Shown piece by piece: positions 1-11,639 of a stretch of DNA of 64,000 nt (positions are counted from its first letter, which is position 1; every line of letters begins with the position of its first letter). The notes below the pieces were generated by a model that had not been told where the DNA came from, made no database searches, and saw only the letters and a program-made list of their open reading frames with translations. Both the position numbers and the translations under genes were made by a program. The DNA is from Fimicolochytrium jonesii (Eukaryota). The stretch spans positions 434,001 through 498,000 of the forward strand of contig NW_026515684.1 in NCBI RefSeq assembly GCF_025526975.1. The letters are read 5' to 3'.

Positions 1-1820
1 ACAAAACTTGCCATTCAACTTGCCATGAACTACAAATGCACATCGTGCGATCAACGCATCGGGTTGCAATTGCAGTGCTTCAGGCCTAGTCTTCAAAACG
101 GTTTCAGTCTCATCTGGCCGGCACAGGCGCGCCCCCGCAGCAGATGTATTGCTACAATCAACCAGTATACCATCAGCGGACTCCGGGTGTATAGCCTCAA
201 GTTCCTCCTCAATGGACACCATTGCACAATGAGACGAATAAACGGTGTCTTTATTAAACGTCTCTACTGAAAACCCTCTTTCTGACCAGCATCCCAACGC
301 GGCTTATCCTTAGCCTCGTCGGACTTCTTATCCTTCTTCTTTTTGGGACAATCTCGCGCACAATGACCCATCTCGTTACAATCGAAACACTTCATGTGCG
401 AGAGGTCTGGGTGTGCATAAGGTTCAGCAGCTTCTGCCTTTTTAGCTTTCCCCCCTTCTTGCCCGCAGTACCCACGGCAGAAGAGACATTAGCACGTTTA
501 GGCGCACTACTACCAGAAGCAACCGCGTTATCGCTTGAGTCGGTCCCCTTATTGGCGAGACGACGTACAGCAAACAAACTAAGCGCACGATCCATCAAAC
601 GAATCAATGGAAATGCGAGCAGAGGGTGTTGCTCCCTATAATCAACCATCGTATGCAATAACGACTGGGCGATCTCATAGCCGACGGTATTGGTCCTATT
701 GTGAGTAAGACCTCAAAGAAACAGGTTAATCAAATCGTCCAGACTGATAACCTCCAGGTTGCGCTGTGCCTCGGCAACGATACGTTTGAATTCCGTTACG
801 TATGAATCCATCGACTTATGAAACGTCATACGCTCCAGAGCATTGAGCGCGTTTGTTTTCGTGTTTGTAGGATAGAAGGCTAGTTTGAAAGCCGTCTCAA
901 AATCCTCTTTCCGCATGTCAAGCCTGCATGCGGTGTCGAACCAGGTACGTGCGTCGCCTTCAAGCGAGCTCGAGACCTTCTGCATGTACTTGAAGTCGTC
1001 AATCGGAAGACCAAAAGTAACCATGAATTCCGTATGCTTCTGCAAAAACGTGTCGACAAAAGTGGCCTCGCGCCGTTTGCCATTAAATGGATGCTGCAAG
1101 ATCCATGTACCATGGTGTCTACGCTGCTTGATATAGAATGGATCCACCAACCCAACCTGCAGCACATCACGGCGCATTGTGGAGTCACGCTCCAACGTAG
1201 CTCGCAAACGATCCTGTTGAGCCTGATGTTCCTCGGCATGTTGATCGCGAACTTCTGCTCGAGCGGCAGCCGCAGCAGTCTTCATTTGGGCATTGAGCTC
1301 CCCTACGGAGATCGTCAACATAGCCGTAGCGGGCCGGTGACCAGCAGGAGGCGGAGGAGGTCCACCGACCTGGATACCCTCCATTGGAACAGGTCCCGTT
1401 GTTCGAAGAGGAAGAGGCAGGCGAACTTCAACACGAGGTTCGTCCACAGAAGTCTCCGGCTCCTCAACGATCTCAGTAGTAGCAGCTGTACCCCCAGGAG
1501 TAGTTTCCCCACTCCTGGTAACTGTACTACCCGTTGATGTACTGATGACGACCTTCTGGCCAGTGTAATCTCGTTTTCAGCTCGCATAACCTCAAACAAC
1601 GACGAATACATCCAGGAAGCGGACAGAGGTACTCCGTTGATGTTGTATAGCTCAGTACCTTGAGCAAATACACACAAACAACTAGGTTCTCGAATCAGGT
1701 AAATGCCGTATGCAATAACCAAAATTCGGGCATAGATTTTCCCGCCTTTTGAGCGAAAAATCCCCAAAATCCACCGTGTCCGATGTCGGCGGGTTTTGGC
1801 TACGGTGATCCTAGACAGCA
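1..1820 (-). mobile_element. 5' part of Ty3/Gypsy retrotransposon family D (gag plus start of pol; runs off the window)
   Basis: The gag-like ORF 713-1447 (LEGDARTWF...FKLAFYP...LERMT..SMDSYVTEFKR) continues past an in-frame TGA and a frameshift to a CCHC knuckle CFDCNEMGHCARDC, with its stop at 264-266. A G_GGT_TTT heptamer at 270-276 opens a -1 frame that ends ...FVVHGKLNGKFC, a typical lead-in to the protease. The upstream boundary is approximate. Confidence 0.85.
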
Positions 1821-2426
1821 TCTGAAGCTATCAGTTTAAAGAGGCCTTTGAGAGGATCAAGAAGTACCCTAATGGCTTAGCTCTGTCCCAAAACCGAAAG
1901 ACTTTTCCTATCCGCCCGTTTTTGCTTAAGTATCGAATTAATGACGAAGGCGATGACAGATTACTTGTTTTGCCGTGATTCAAAAATCCCAAAACGTTCA
2001 GGTAAATTCAAGGTAATTCTCTAGATCGGGAAGAACCTTATCGGGGGTCGTTTCGGTCAAAACTGTGATAGTTTTGCTACACGGAGGTTAGACGATTTAG
2101 CGCGTTTTTCGATATTTCCATATCCGTAGGTCGAATCTCTTTGAAACTTTCACAAGTCTTCAAGCAAAGTGTGCTCTACGAGGTTTCCGAGTTTGGAAGT
2201 GGATCGAATTACTGGGGTAGATTTCCAATCCACAAACGGGTTACTAATTGGCTACTAGTAAACAGGCGTTTGTGTCGACTACCTGTTGACCGTCGAACGT
2301 ATACTCTCAAGATGTTGATATACCGAAAGAGTAAGGTATGGATGGCAAACTATGAGTTACGCAGGTTTGTTTAACCATCCAGGTGCGAAAAGCAAGGTGG
2401 TTGCGACGTATCGGTCGTTCCACTAG

Positions 2427-5125
2427 GTGGAGCCTGGTACCGAACCAGTCTTTAATCCTTTACGGCATATGAGCGAAGCCAAACTCAAAGAGCTGAATGA
2501 GAAGGTTACTCTCATGCTCGAGCGCGGTTGGATTCAACACTCGCAGAGCCCATGGGGCGCGGCAGTGTTATTTGCTAAGAAAAAGGATGGCAGTCTCCGC
2601 ATGTGCATCGAGTATCGTGGGTTGAATAAAGCAACGATAAAGGCTCGTACGCCGTTTCCAAATCTTGCAGAGATGCGGGATCGGGTACGTGGAAAGAAGT
2701 TCAAGTCTTTGTTGAATATCAAAGATGCGTATCACCGCCTCTTGGTTCGCAAGGCTGATAGAGACAAAACAGCGTTTCGGACGCGGTTTGGTCATTTCGA
2801 GTACTTGGTTATGCCATTTGGATTGACAAATGCGCCAGCAACGTTCCAAAGGTTAACCAATAAGATATTGGGCAAGATGTACGATGAGTTTGTCATATCT
2901 TACCTGGATGATATCTTAATCTTCTCGGAAACGGCCGAGGAGCATATCGCTCATGTGGATAGCGTTTTGGCTGTTCTCGCCAAGCACAAACTTTATGTTA
3001 AGCCGTCCAAGTGCAAATGGATGCAGAAGGAGCTTGAATTCTGCGGTCATCTCCTGGGAGAAGAGGCAATGGCCATTGCACCCTCGAAATTGGACGCCGT
3101 GTGAAACTTTGCACGTCCTACGAAACAGAAAGAGCTTCAGTCTTTCTTAGGGCTGAGAAATTACCGAGTCAATATGTCGATCATTATGCATACATCGCGT
3201 ATCCATTGACAGAGCTACAGTCGGGCAAAAGGCCTTGGCACTGGGGCAATGTCGAAGAACAAGCTTTTGTTAATCTGAAGGAAGCTATTATCACAGCTCC
3301 TACGCTCGCGTCTTACAACCCGGAGCGAGATTTATAGGTGTTCACAGATGCATTGGGTTTTGCGATAGGCGGATGGCTCGCCCAGCCAGCGGATTCATCG
3401 GAGCATTACCCATCACCGTTGCCTACCTCAGTGAAGGGATTTAAGAACCTGCCACCGTTAAAGCCAATAGCTTTCTTTGGGCGGAAGATGCTACTTGCTG
3501 ACACATGTGCACGAACAAGAGCTATTAGCTATGGTTAGCATATGCAAGGCGAACAGGCATTACTTGCAGGATCGGAAGAATGACCCGCCCGTTTCACGCG
3601 TTCACCGATCACGCTAGTTTGGTCTCCCTGCAGACACAGCCCTTCCTGAGCCATTGCCAAGCACGATGGGTTGAATTCCTGCAACAATTCAAATTTGATA
3701 TTGAATATCAACTTGGTTGTTGGAACACCGTCGCGGATGTGTTGAGTCATAATCCTTATTACACTCCTCGCTGCGCCGAGTATAACAAGCGAGTGGAAAT
3801 CGCTGCGGCCATGGGGATGTCCGTCGAGTATATTCCTTTGGGGAATGTTACGCTTGAGGATTGGATACGAACCTTGGAGGCTGATGAGTACTTCGCTTCA
3901 CGGAAAGATGCGTTGTCACAGCCAAAGGAAAAACAGTCTACATTCGATCAACGTTTCTCGATCGATGAGCCTGGTCGTTTACTGTACCACAATAGGTTCT
4001 ACGTGCCAGCTGCTTTACGAGGGACTGTATTGCAGGCGTACCATGACTCGTTGCTCTCTGGCTCGCATACGGGGGTACAAGGTACATTGGGCAAGCTCCT
4101 ACGTGAGTTTTACTGGCCCAATATGGACGCAGACTTGAGAGGGTACATCAAGACTTGTGGGTCTTGCCAAAGGTGCAAGTCGCCAAAGAATAAGCGTGTT
4201 GGCTTACTTCGTTTGCTCCCAGTACCTGACCGACATTGGCACACAATGGGTATGGACCCTGTCTCGATGCCAATAACACGGTCGTGGGGGGGGAAGGTGC
4301 CTAGTGATGCGTTTTACGACAGTATTATTGTCTTCATCGACTATCTGTCAGGGCGCGCATACTTTATACCTGCGGCATGCACGATAACTGCCGAGGAGTT
4401 GGCCCATCTTTACTTCCGTGAGGTATGGCGCCATACAGGTACCGCAGCTGTGATCGTCGGAGATCGAGCATCGAGCGTGGGGGAAGGTGCATAGTGATGC
4501 GTTATACGCCAGTATTATTGTCTTCATCGACTATCTGTCAGGGCGCGCATACTTTATACCTGCGGCATCCACGATAACTGCCGAGGTGTTGGCCCATCTT
4601 TACTTCCGTGAGGTATGGTGCTATACAGGTACTGCAGCTGTGATCGTCGGAGATCGAGATCTCCGCTCCCTGGCAGACTTTTGGAAGGTGTTTCGATCGT
4701 TGTTGGGCTCTAAGCAGAGCTTGAGCACGGCGCAACACCAACAGACGGACGGAAAGGTCGGACGGTGTATCTCTATCTTGAAGAAGATGATTAAACCGTA
4801 CCTTAATGTAAAGGGAGACGATTGGGTTGACAAACTGACGATGTTGGAGTTTGCCTACAACGGTACGCAGAACAGCACCGGATACTGCCCTTTCGAGGTT
4901 GATTTGGGTAGAATTCCGCAGGCGCCGATGCATTGGCAAGTTGACGCAAAGGTGTTCCAACGTATGGACGATACGTCGATCCCATTCTTGCATAAGTCAC
5001 GATGTGAGCTCATTGTACAGATGGAGAAGCGTGCTGAGGCATACCGATCCATTGAACTCATAGTGCAGCAGAAACTGCGGGAAGCCGAGGACAAACAAGC
5101 AAAGTATCACGATCGTGGGTTTTAG
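2427..5125 (+). pseudogene. pol: Degenerate Ty3/Gypsy pol (RT-RNase H-integrase), family E
   Basis: RT motifs [33 protein letters not shown] and YLDD; RNase H FTDA..FAIGG; integrase HHCC (H..HTG..C..C) and HQQTDG. Several frameshifts and stops. No LTRs recognised. Confidence 0.93.
4288..4658 (+). repeat. ~180-bp tandem duplication inside the integrase core
   Basis: GGGGAAGGTGC..AGTGATGCG...GGAGATCGAG occurs at ~4288-4468 and ~4479-4658 with few substitutions. Confidence 0.95.
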
Positions 5126-5976
5126 GCCAAAACGCGGCACATATAATGAAGAATGACCACAGAGCAGAAACCCCCAAAAAAAAGCCATGACCAAAAAAGC
5201 CTTACCTCCGCATGCTCCCTTTCGAAGCGAGACACCTCGGGTCTGAACCGTCCTCATTCTACCGGTCTCTGGATGGCGTATTTGCTCCCTGACCCTAGCC
5301 GCGTTTTCGATCCAAGTAATTCCGAAAGCCGAGGCAGAGCGAGACATACGGTCCAAGTTTTCGATGTGTTGGACGTCTGCCATCCTCCACCACCACAGCT
5401 CCAAGCCATCTACCGTCAGGTTCCGTGGCGCAAATCCCATGCACCACAGGTATCGGAAGAGTGCGATGGTCATTGCCAGCATCTCCTTTCCGAACTACCA
5501 CTGTTGGCGGCCAAAGTCCTGCACTGCGGTAGTGGCGCTACTGCTAGCCCCAGCACCCCCAGCACCGTCACCAGCACCTCCTGCGGACTGCATGTTTACA
5601 GATTGTGAGTGTTGTGTTGTTGTTGTTATCGTGTGTGTTGATGTCAATGTGCAATGTTGTGTTGTTCTGGGAACGCGAGGGAAAACATCAACCAACCATT
5701 GGTTTTGGATCCTGAAGATGGTTAGCGGTTGATTAACGCGTGGAGATGTGTGGGGAGCATATGTTCTCATTGAGACAACGTTCATTTATCAAGTGTTATC
5801 TATGGCTTGATTATCTCATGGAGACGTGTGGCCCGGTTGGTCGATGTGGGGGTGCATGTACTGTATATCCATTCAAATGCTGCCACTCTGTCAAAAGACG
5901 CGTCTTTCCCAACTTCCCACCATCGTCCGCCCTCCCATCTTCCCATGGCATCCGACTCCCGCCCGCCACCGCCACC

Positions 5977-8781
5977 ATGGACGCGACGGGGACCATTGTT
6001 GATGTCGTCAAGGCGGGGCCTATCAAAGCTGTCCTCGACGTGGTCACTTGTGGTCCAGTTGGAGTGCTTTTGGAGACCGTCAAGTGTGGGGTCCGCATTC
6101 AGCAAACCGTGGAACTTGCTCAGCGCAACAGCCGTCGTTTTAAGCGCCTCGCGGACCGGGTTCAACTTTGCGTCCGCACTATCGAACCTAGGCAAGGATG
6201 CAGGACTTTATACCAGCAACGAGGTTCTACAACGGCACGTGAAGGCGCTTTCAGTCCTTTTCTTAGAGATCGAGCGCCATCTGAGAACGAAGACTACTGG
6301 TCCGGGACGATTCTTCAAAGACATCATGGCGGCCGCCTCGATCGATCAGGAAATCGTAGATTTCAATAGCGATTTAACGAACCTCCACTCCAGCCTGTTA
6401 GTCAGCCTGAACGTTAACATTGTCGAGGTGATGGGCACATCGGATGACGTGGCAAGGCAGGATGAAGCAGATGCGAAAGCGGATCAGGACGAGTACAGGA
6501 GGTTCCTTGAGGACCTCATGCAAAATCAGCAGAAGATGCTTCTGGCCATGGAGTTGCAGCAAAGTCAAGTAGGAAATCTTACCCGAATAATTCAGCCTTG
6601 AAGTTGTCGACTGATTTAAATTCCACTGGGCAGTTCTTGGACGCAATGCTGGCTCTCAAAAAAGTGGAGTCCAAGCTGAAAGAAGAGACCGAGAAAAAGT
6701 TTGAGAAGAATTCGTATGGACTTCTCGCGTCTCTGTGTGGGAATGTTGGCCCTGACGTTGTTCCAGACTGGGCTATCACGACGTGGGAGGTGGAAGTCCA
6801 GGATGAGATTGCAAGAGGAGGGTTTGGGAGGGTTTCTCGGGGAGTCTGGCTTGGCCGTGGTCGTGAAGCAGCTTCTGGCCAACTGTGTTACAGAGAGGCA
6901 TCGGAAAGACTTTGCGAGGGAAGTGGGTATATGGTACACCCTTTGTCACGCACATGTCCTCGAGCTCTATGGAGCGTCGGTATCAGCACATCCGCCATTC
7001 ATGGTGTGCCCATTGATGTCTGGGACTCTTTTGCAGGTATGCGCTGGTCTTGGTCATTTGAGCCTAGTCCAGTTACTTGTGCCCCAACATCGCATTTGGA
7101 TTGACAGCATATTGAGAAGCACCCTGAGCAAGGTTTGCAACTGCTCTACGATGGCTATGCAATACCTTCACAGCCGTGAGGTTGTGCACGGTGATTTGAA
7201 AGCCACGAACGTGCTTGTTGACGAAAAGGGGACACCGAAAGTCAGCGACTTTGGATTTAGTAGAAGCAAAACGATGGTGGCCTCAATGAATGCGGTACAG
7301 AACACGAACATCGCCACTCTTCGCTGGGCAGCTCCAGAACGACTCAATGGGAAGCCAATCAGCAACAAAACGGACGTCTACGCATTCGGGATGCTCTGCT
7401 ATGAAATCGCATCAGAGGATGTGCCATTCGCCGAGGTGGTTCACGACAGCGTCCTGATTGATCTGATCCGACGTGGCGTACGTCCCGAAAGGCCCGAACG
7501 GCCTCACTGTTCGGACATTTTGTGGGCTTTGAGAGAATCATGTTGGCATCAGGAGCCTGAGCGCAGACCAGAGTTCTCGTCAGTCGTGAGGGCTCCGAAA
7601 CCTCTGATTGGAACCAACTTATCGGAGGCGCACAATAGCGGATCTGGACCTTCGGAATTGGGTAAGCCCGATGGAGACTGTTCACCTTGTCATCAGAGCC
7701 TGCCCATTTCTAATGCATTGACTCTCACTTTCGATGAGAAGCTGCGCATCGTTCTGATAGTGACACATCGTTACCCTCATACTCCTTCATCGAATTCGCC
7801 GAATTGGCTCCAAGGCCGCCGCCCATAACAGCGGAAGCAAGTCCACACGGAATTCGACGTTCGCCGGAGGCGGTTGTGCGTGGAACCACCCAGAACAATA
7901 ATGCGCAAACGGCACTCCCATCAAATGGGACATCACATCAACCGACCCCTACGCGGCAGCCGTCTACACCGGAGGTGGAAACAATCGGAAAACCTCACCG
8001 GCTGAAGCCCGCTCTTGATTTAACCGCTCTTTTGCACGCGGCTGCCAGAGAAGGACAAGCCACCCTGTGCCTCGATCTCATAGTACGGCTGGCAGCTGAT
8101 GTGAACGCCCCCAGCAAACACGGTGCCACGCCTCTTCATATTGCAGCCTCAAGGGGACACGTTGAAACGTCCCGCGCTCTCCTTTCATTGGGAGCGAACA
8201 TTGAGGCTACCATGGAATTTGGCCGCACTCCTCTTCATCTCGCTGCTAATCATGGACACACCGAAATTTGCCATGCTTTGATCGCCAAAGGGGCGCGGAT
8301 CGAGGCACTGACAGAGGATAAGTTATCGCCGCTCCATTTTGCCGTAATCGGCGGACGCCAAAACACCGCCGGCGCATTGCTCAAATTAGGCGCAAACCAC
8401 AAGGCTGAGTGCTTAGACGTGCCAGAAGCGAGCTTGACTGACGGAACGCCGTTTGTTGGCTGGCGGCAGATCTTGCTTTCCTGCTTCGAAGACGCTTCAT
8501 CCTCAGCATTGGAGGGGATCACACACGCCTTGAGAAAGGGGACAGCATTGCACTTAAGTGCTCTCTTTGATCAAATTGAAACCTGTAAAACCCTTCTGGA
8601 TTACGGAGCCAAGGTCGACCCGGAAGATGCTTTGTTGCTGGATCCATCGATGACCGGAGTGGTCTCTACCAGCAATTCGATCATATTGCGATCATCGGGC
8701 GGATCCAGCAATGGTAGCAGAGCATCAGTGGAAACAGCAGTGCTGGCGACCACAGCTGAAGGCTTCCCTCCTCAGATATGA
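5977..8781 (+). pseudogene. MLKL-like N-terminal four-helix bundle + TKL protein kinase + ankyrin repeats (frameshifted)
   Basis: ATG in GCCACCATGG context. N-terminal IQQTVELAQRNSRRFKRLADRV resembles the MLKL N-terminal domain pattern. Kinase motifs GGFG, VVK, HGDLKATN, DFG, WAAPE and DVYAFG. ANK repeats GATPLHIAA, GRTPLHLAA and LSPLHFAV. Introns 6569-6633, 7037-7107 and 7662-7741 join the parts. Frameshifts near 6186, 6856 and 7150. Confidence 0.85.
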
Positions 8782-8877
8782 ACATGGGTATATCGAATGA
8801 GTTGATGGATACATAAGAAATGGAGGCGTGGGCCACAGGGTATCGGCCGGAATCCGGTTTGATATTTCTTGATTGAT

Positions 8878-10664
8878 GTCAGGATCACACGTCCGGAAAG
8901 GTAATCGATGCAAACGAAACAAGAGTTTATCCTGTCTACGGTGAAAATATCGAATCCAACCGTGTGCCATCTTTGCAGAAGTAGAGGAAGAGGTCGAAGA
9001 AATCTGTATCGACAATGGCCAGGTTTGAATTGTCGACAGGATTTGCAAGTTCCAACGTATTTGAGAACGTCGGAGCATACGGTAGGCCAGTAGTATTCCG
9101 TAAGAATTCTTGCAACAGTCTTCTTAACACCAAGATGTCCTCCAGTGGTGAGTTCGTCATGAAATTTCCGTAAGATCTTTGGGCGAATGTCTTCAGGAAC
9201 GTATAAGCGTCCTTCGTGTCGTACTATTCCATTTTCAAACGTATAACGGAGTTCTCTTCAAGTTTTCTGGTGTCGAGGCTTTTGAGAAATATCATCGAGA
9301 TAATCCGAATATGGATTTTCGCATAGCACCTTTCTCCATTCTTCTTCTCAGCAAGTAGGTGAGTTTTGTGGATCGTCTGTCGTAGCGTGGGAGGAAGGTT
9401 CACCGGCAAGCATGTTGCTGATTTGCGTATGCATGTTGAGGCGTCGTTGACAATCTACACACCGAGGCGCATAGATTGGATTGCGGGAGAGCATGTCGGC
9501 GATATGATTCCATCGTCCAGGTACATACTGGATGTCGAAATCATATTCTTGTAGCTTCTCCACCCAATTGGGTTGTCTTCTGCTCAAATGGGGTTGCGTT
9601 TGGATGAATTCGAGTCCCTTGTGATCCTTAAAAAATCGGAAGTAAAGACCGATGAGATATGGTCGGTTGGCGACCAACATCCTGACAAGAGCTAAGAACT
9701 CCTGTTCGTGCGTAGGATATCGAGTTTCTGCGTCCTTCATCTTTCTAGAGAAGAAGACCACAGGCCGGAGCCGCGGTAACTCCTTCCATTGTCCGACAAG
9801 AGTAGGCAGATTCGTAGGGATCGTTTCATCGCCAGAAGGTTGTCCAATCCAGCCAGCAATAGCGTAGCCTGATTAGTCGGTATAGATGTAAATCGGCTTG
9901 ATTTCATCGATTGTTGCTAGGGTAGGCGCATCGATCAACGCTTCTTTCAACTTTTGAAATGCCTCCTGTTGCTCAGGACCCCATCGAAATTTGACTTTCG
10001 AAGATTGAACGCTTGATAGGGGCAGAGCGATGTCCGAATAACCTTGTACGAAGTCGAGGAAGTAGTTTGTGAACCCGAGAAAGCTTTGAACTCCTTTTGT
10101 TGACTTTGGAGTAGCCCAATCCTTGATAGCTTGGATTTTCGAGGGCGCGATGCGAACACTATGTCTTCCGACAATATATCCACACCATTTGAGTCCTTCT
10201 TTAGCCCATACGCACTGTGAAGGCTTGATGAAAAGAGGGTGTTCATCAATTTTCTTCAGGATGCGATCAGCGTGTTCCCTATGTTCAGCTAGAGTTTTCG
10301 AGAAAATGAAAATGTTGTCCAAATATGTAGCAAGGAATTTGTCGTAGTCTTTGTGGAAGGTCTTATTCATAAGACGTTGAAATGCGGCAGGTGCGTTGGT
10401 AAGCCCGAACGGCACAACGAAATATTTGAAATGTCCGAAGCGAGTTCTTTGCCGTTTCTTCTCGATCTTTTTTTCGTTTGGGGAGATGATGGTATGCTTC
10501 TTGAATGTCGATAAGCATAAACCATTTACAACCTTAGATTTCTTCCCCCATCTCGCGAATGTTGGGTTAAGGAGTATGATCTTTCTTGGTTACAGAGTTG
10601 AGACCTCGGTAGTCCCAACAGATACGTAGTCCGCCATCTTCCTTCTTGGCAAAGATGACACTAG
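8878..10664 (-). pseudogene. pol: Truncated pol fragment of family C (RT-RNase H-integrase N-terminus)
   Basis: Colinear with ~18936-20725. RT active site reads YLDN. In-frame TAA at 9873. Confidence 0.93.
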
Positions 10665-11035
10665 TGTTATGGACGACGTGCCCATACCATAAGCTCACCT
10701 CATGACAGCACACTAACAGCCGCCAATGTCAAACGCCAATGTCAATGTCAGTGTCAATGTCAATGTCAATGTCAATGCCTTCCCCTCTCATTTCGCCAAT
10801 CCCCTGCTCTCCTCTCGTCCGCCAATTCCCCATTCGCCGCTCCTCCTCTACCCCGCTCATCTGTGAGCCAATCTTGGGCCATTTGTCAACCCTCCCAGTA
10901 CTTCTCCACAGCCAGCAGCTGTAGCTTGCTCTCTACACCTGCTACGCTCGCTCTAGGCTAGGGAGCATAGCTGGTGCCCACCCAGTCCCCGCTTGTTGTT
11001 GTTGTCTTTGATCTGCTGGGTTGTTTATCTATAAA
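10665..11035 (+). repeat. Older family-A LTR, truncated at its TATA box
   Basis: Starts TGTTATGGACGAC, carries the (CAATGT)n tract, and ends at CTATAAA where the next LTR begins. Confidence 0.88.
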
Positions 11036-11570
11036 TGTTATGGACGACGCGCCCATACCATAAGCTTACCTACTGACAGCCGCCAATGTCAACCGCCAAA
11101 TGTCAAACGCCAATGTCAATGTCAATGTCAGTGTCAATGTCACTGTCAATGTCAATGTCAATGCCACTCCCCCTCTCTCCTCTCATTTCGCCAATCCTCC
11201 CGCAATATCGCCACTCCTCCTCCCTCCTCTCATTTCGCCAATCCCCCCTCGGCTTCTCCACACCCCCCACTACTTCCCCATAGCCAGCAGCTGTAGCAAC
11301 GCTCTCTACGCTCGCCACGCACGCTCTAGGAGCATAGCTGGCGCCCCCCAGTCCCCTCTTGTTGTTGTTCTCTGATCTGTTGGGTTGCCTATCTATAAAT
11401 ACCCGGCCTCTCTTCGTCCATTCCCTTCCTCCCCAGCAGATCAACACCAGTTCTTCTCATCTCTTGTTCTAGTCCTTGTCTCTTGTTTCGCCAATACAAT
11501 CTCGCTTCGCCTATCGCTCTCGCCTTGTCTTCTCTACTTCGCTTCCGCCTCAGTCGTCGAGCTCATAACA
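11036..11570 (+). repeat. 5' LTR of family-A copy A1 (535 bp)
   Basis: TGTTATG...CATAACA termini; TATAAAT at 11394; homologous to 13357-13870 and 30422-30951. Confidence 0.95.
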
Positions 11571-11572
11571 GT

Positions 11573-11582
11573 TTGATCTGCT
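11573..11582 (+). promoter_or_regulatory. Primer-binding site of self-priming type (TTGATCTGCT)
   Basis: Lies immediately after the LTR, lacks the TGG needed to pair with a tRNA CCA end, and is the exact complement of AGCAGATCAA at 11435-11444 inside the LTR. Confidence 0.75.
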
Positions 11583-11639
11583 CCAACACTGCGAAGTTCA
11601 GAACCCGTCCAGCCCTGCATCCGACCAACCTTTTTTGCC

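Noticed and set aside
1820..2426. 5' LTR/PBS of family D
   Set aside because: No TG..CA boundary or second copy is identifiable; probably leader sequence truncated at the family E junction.
11086..11447. ORFs with MSMS, CQCQ or NVNV repeats
   Set aside because: Translations of the LTR microsatellite.
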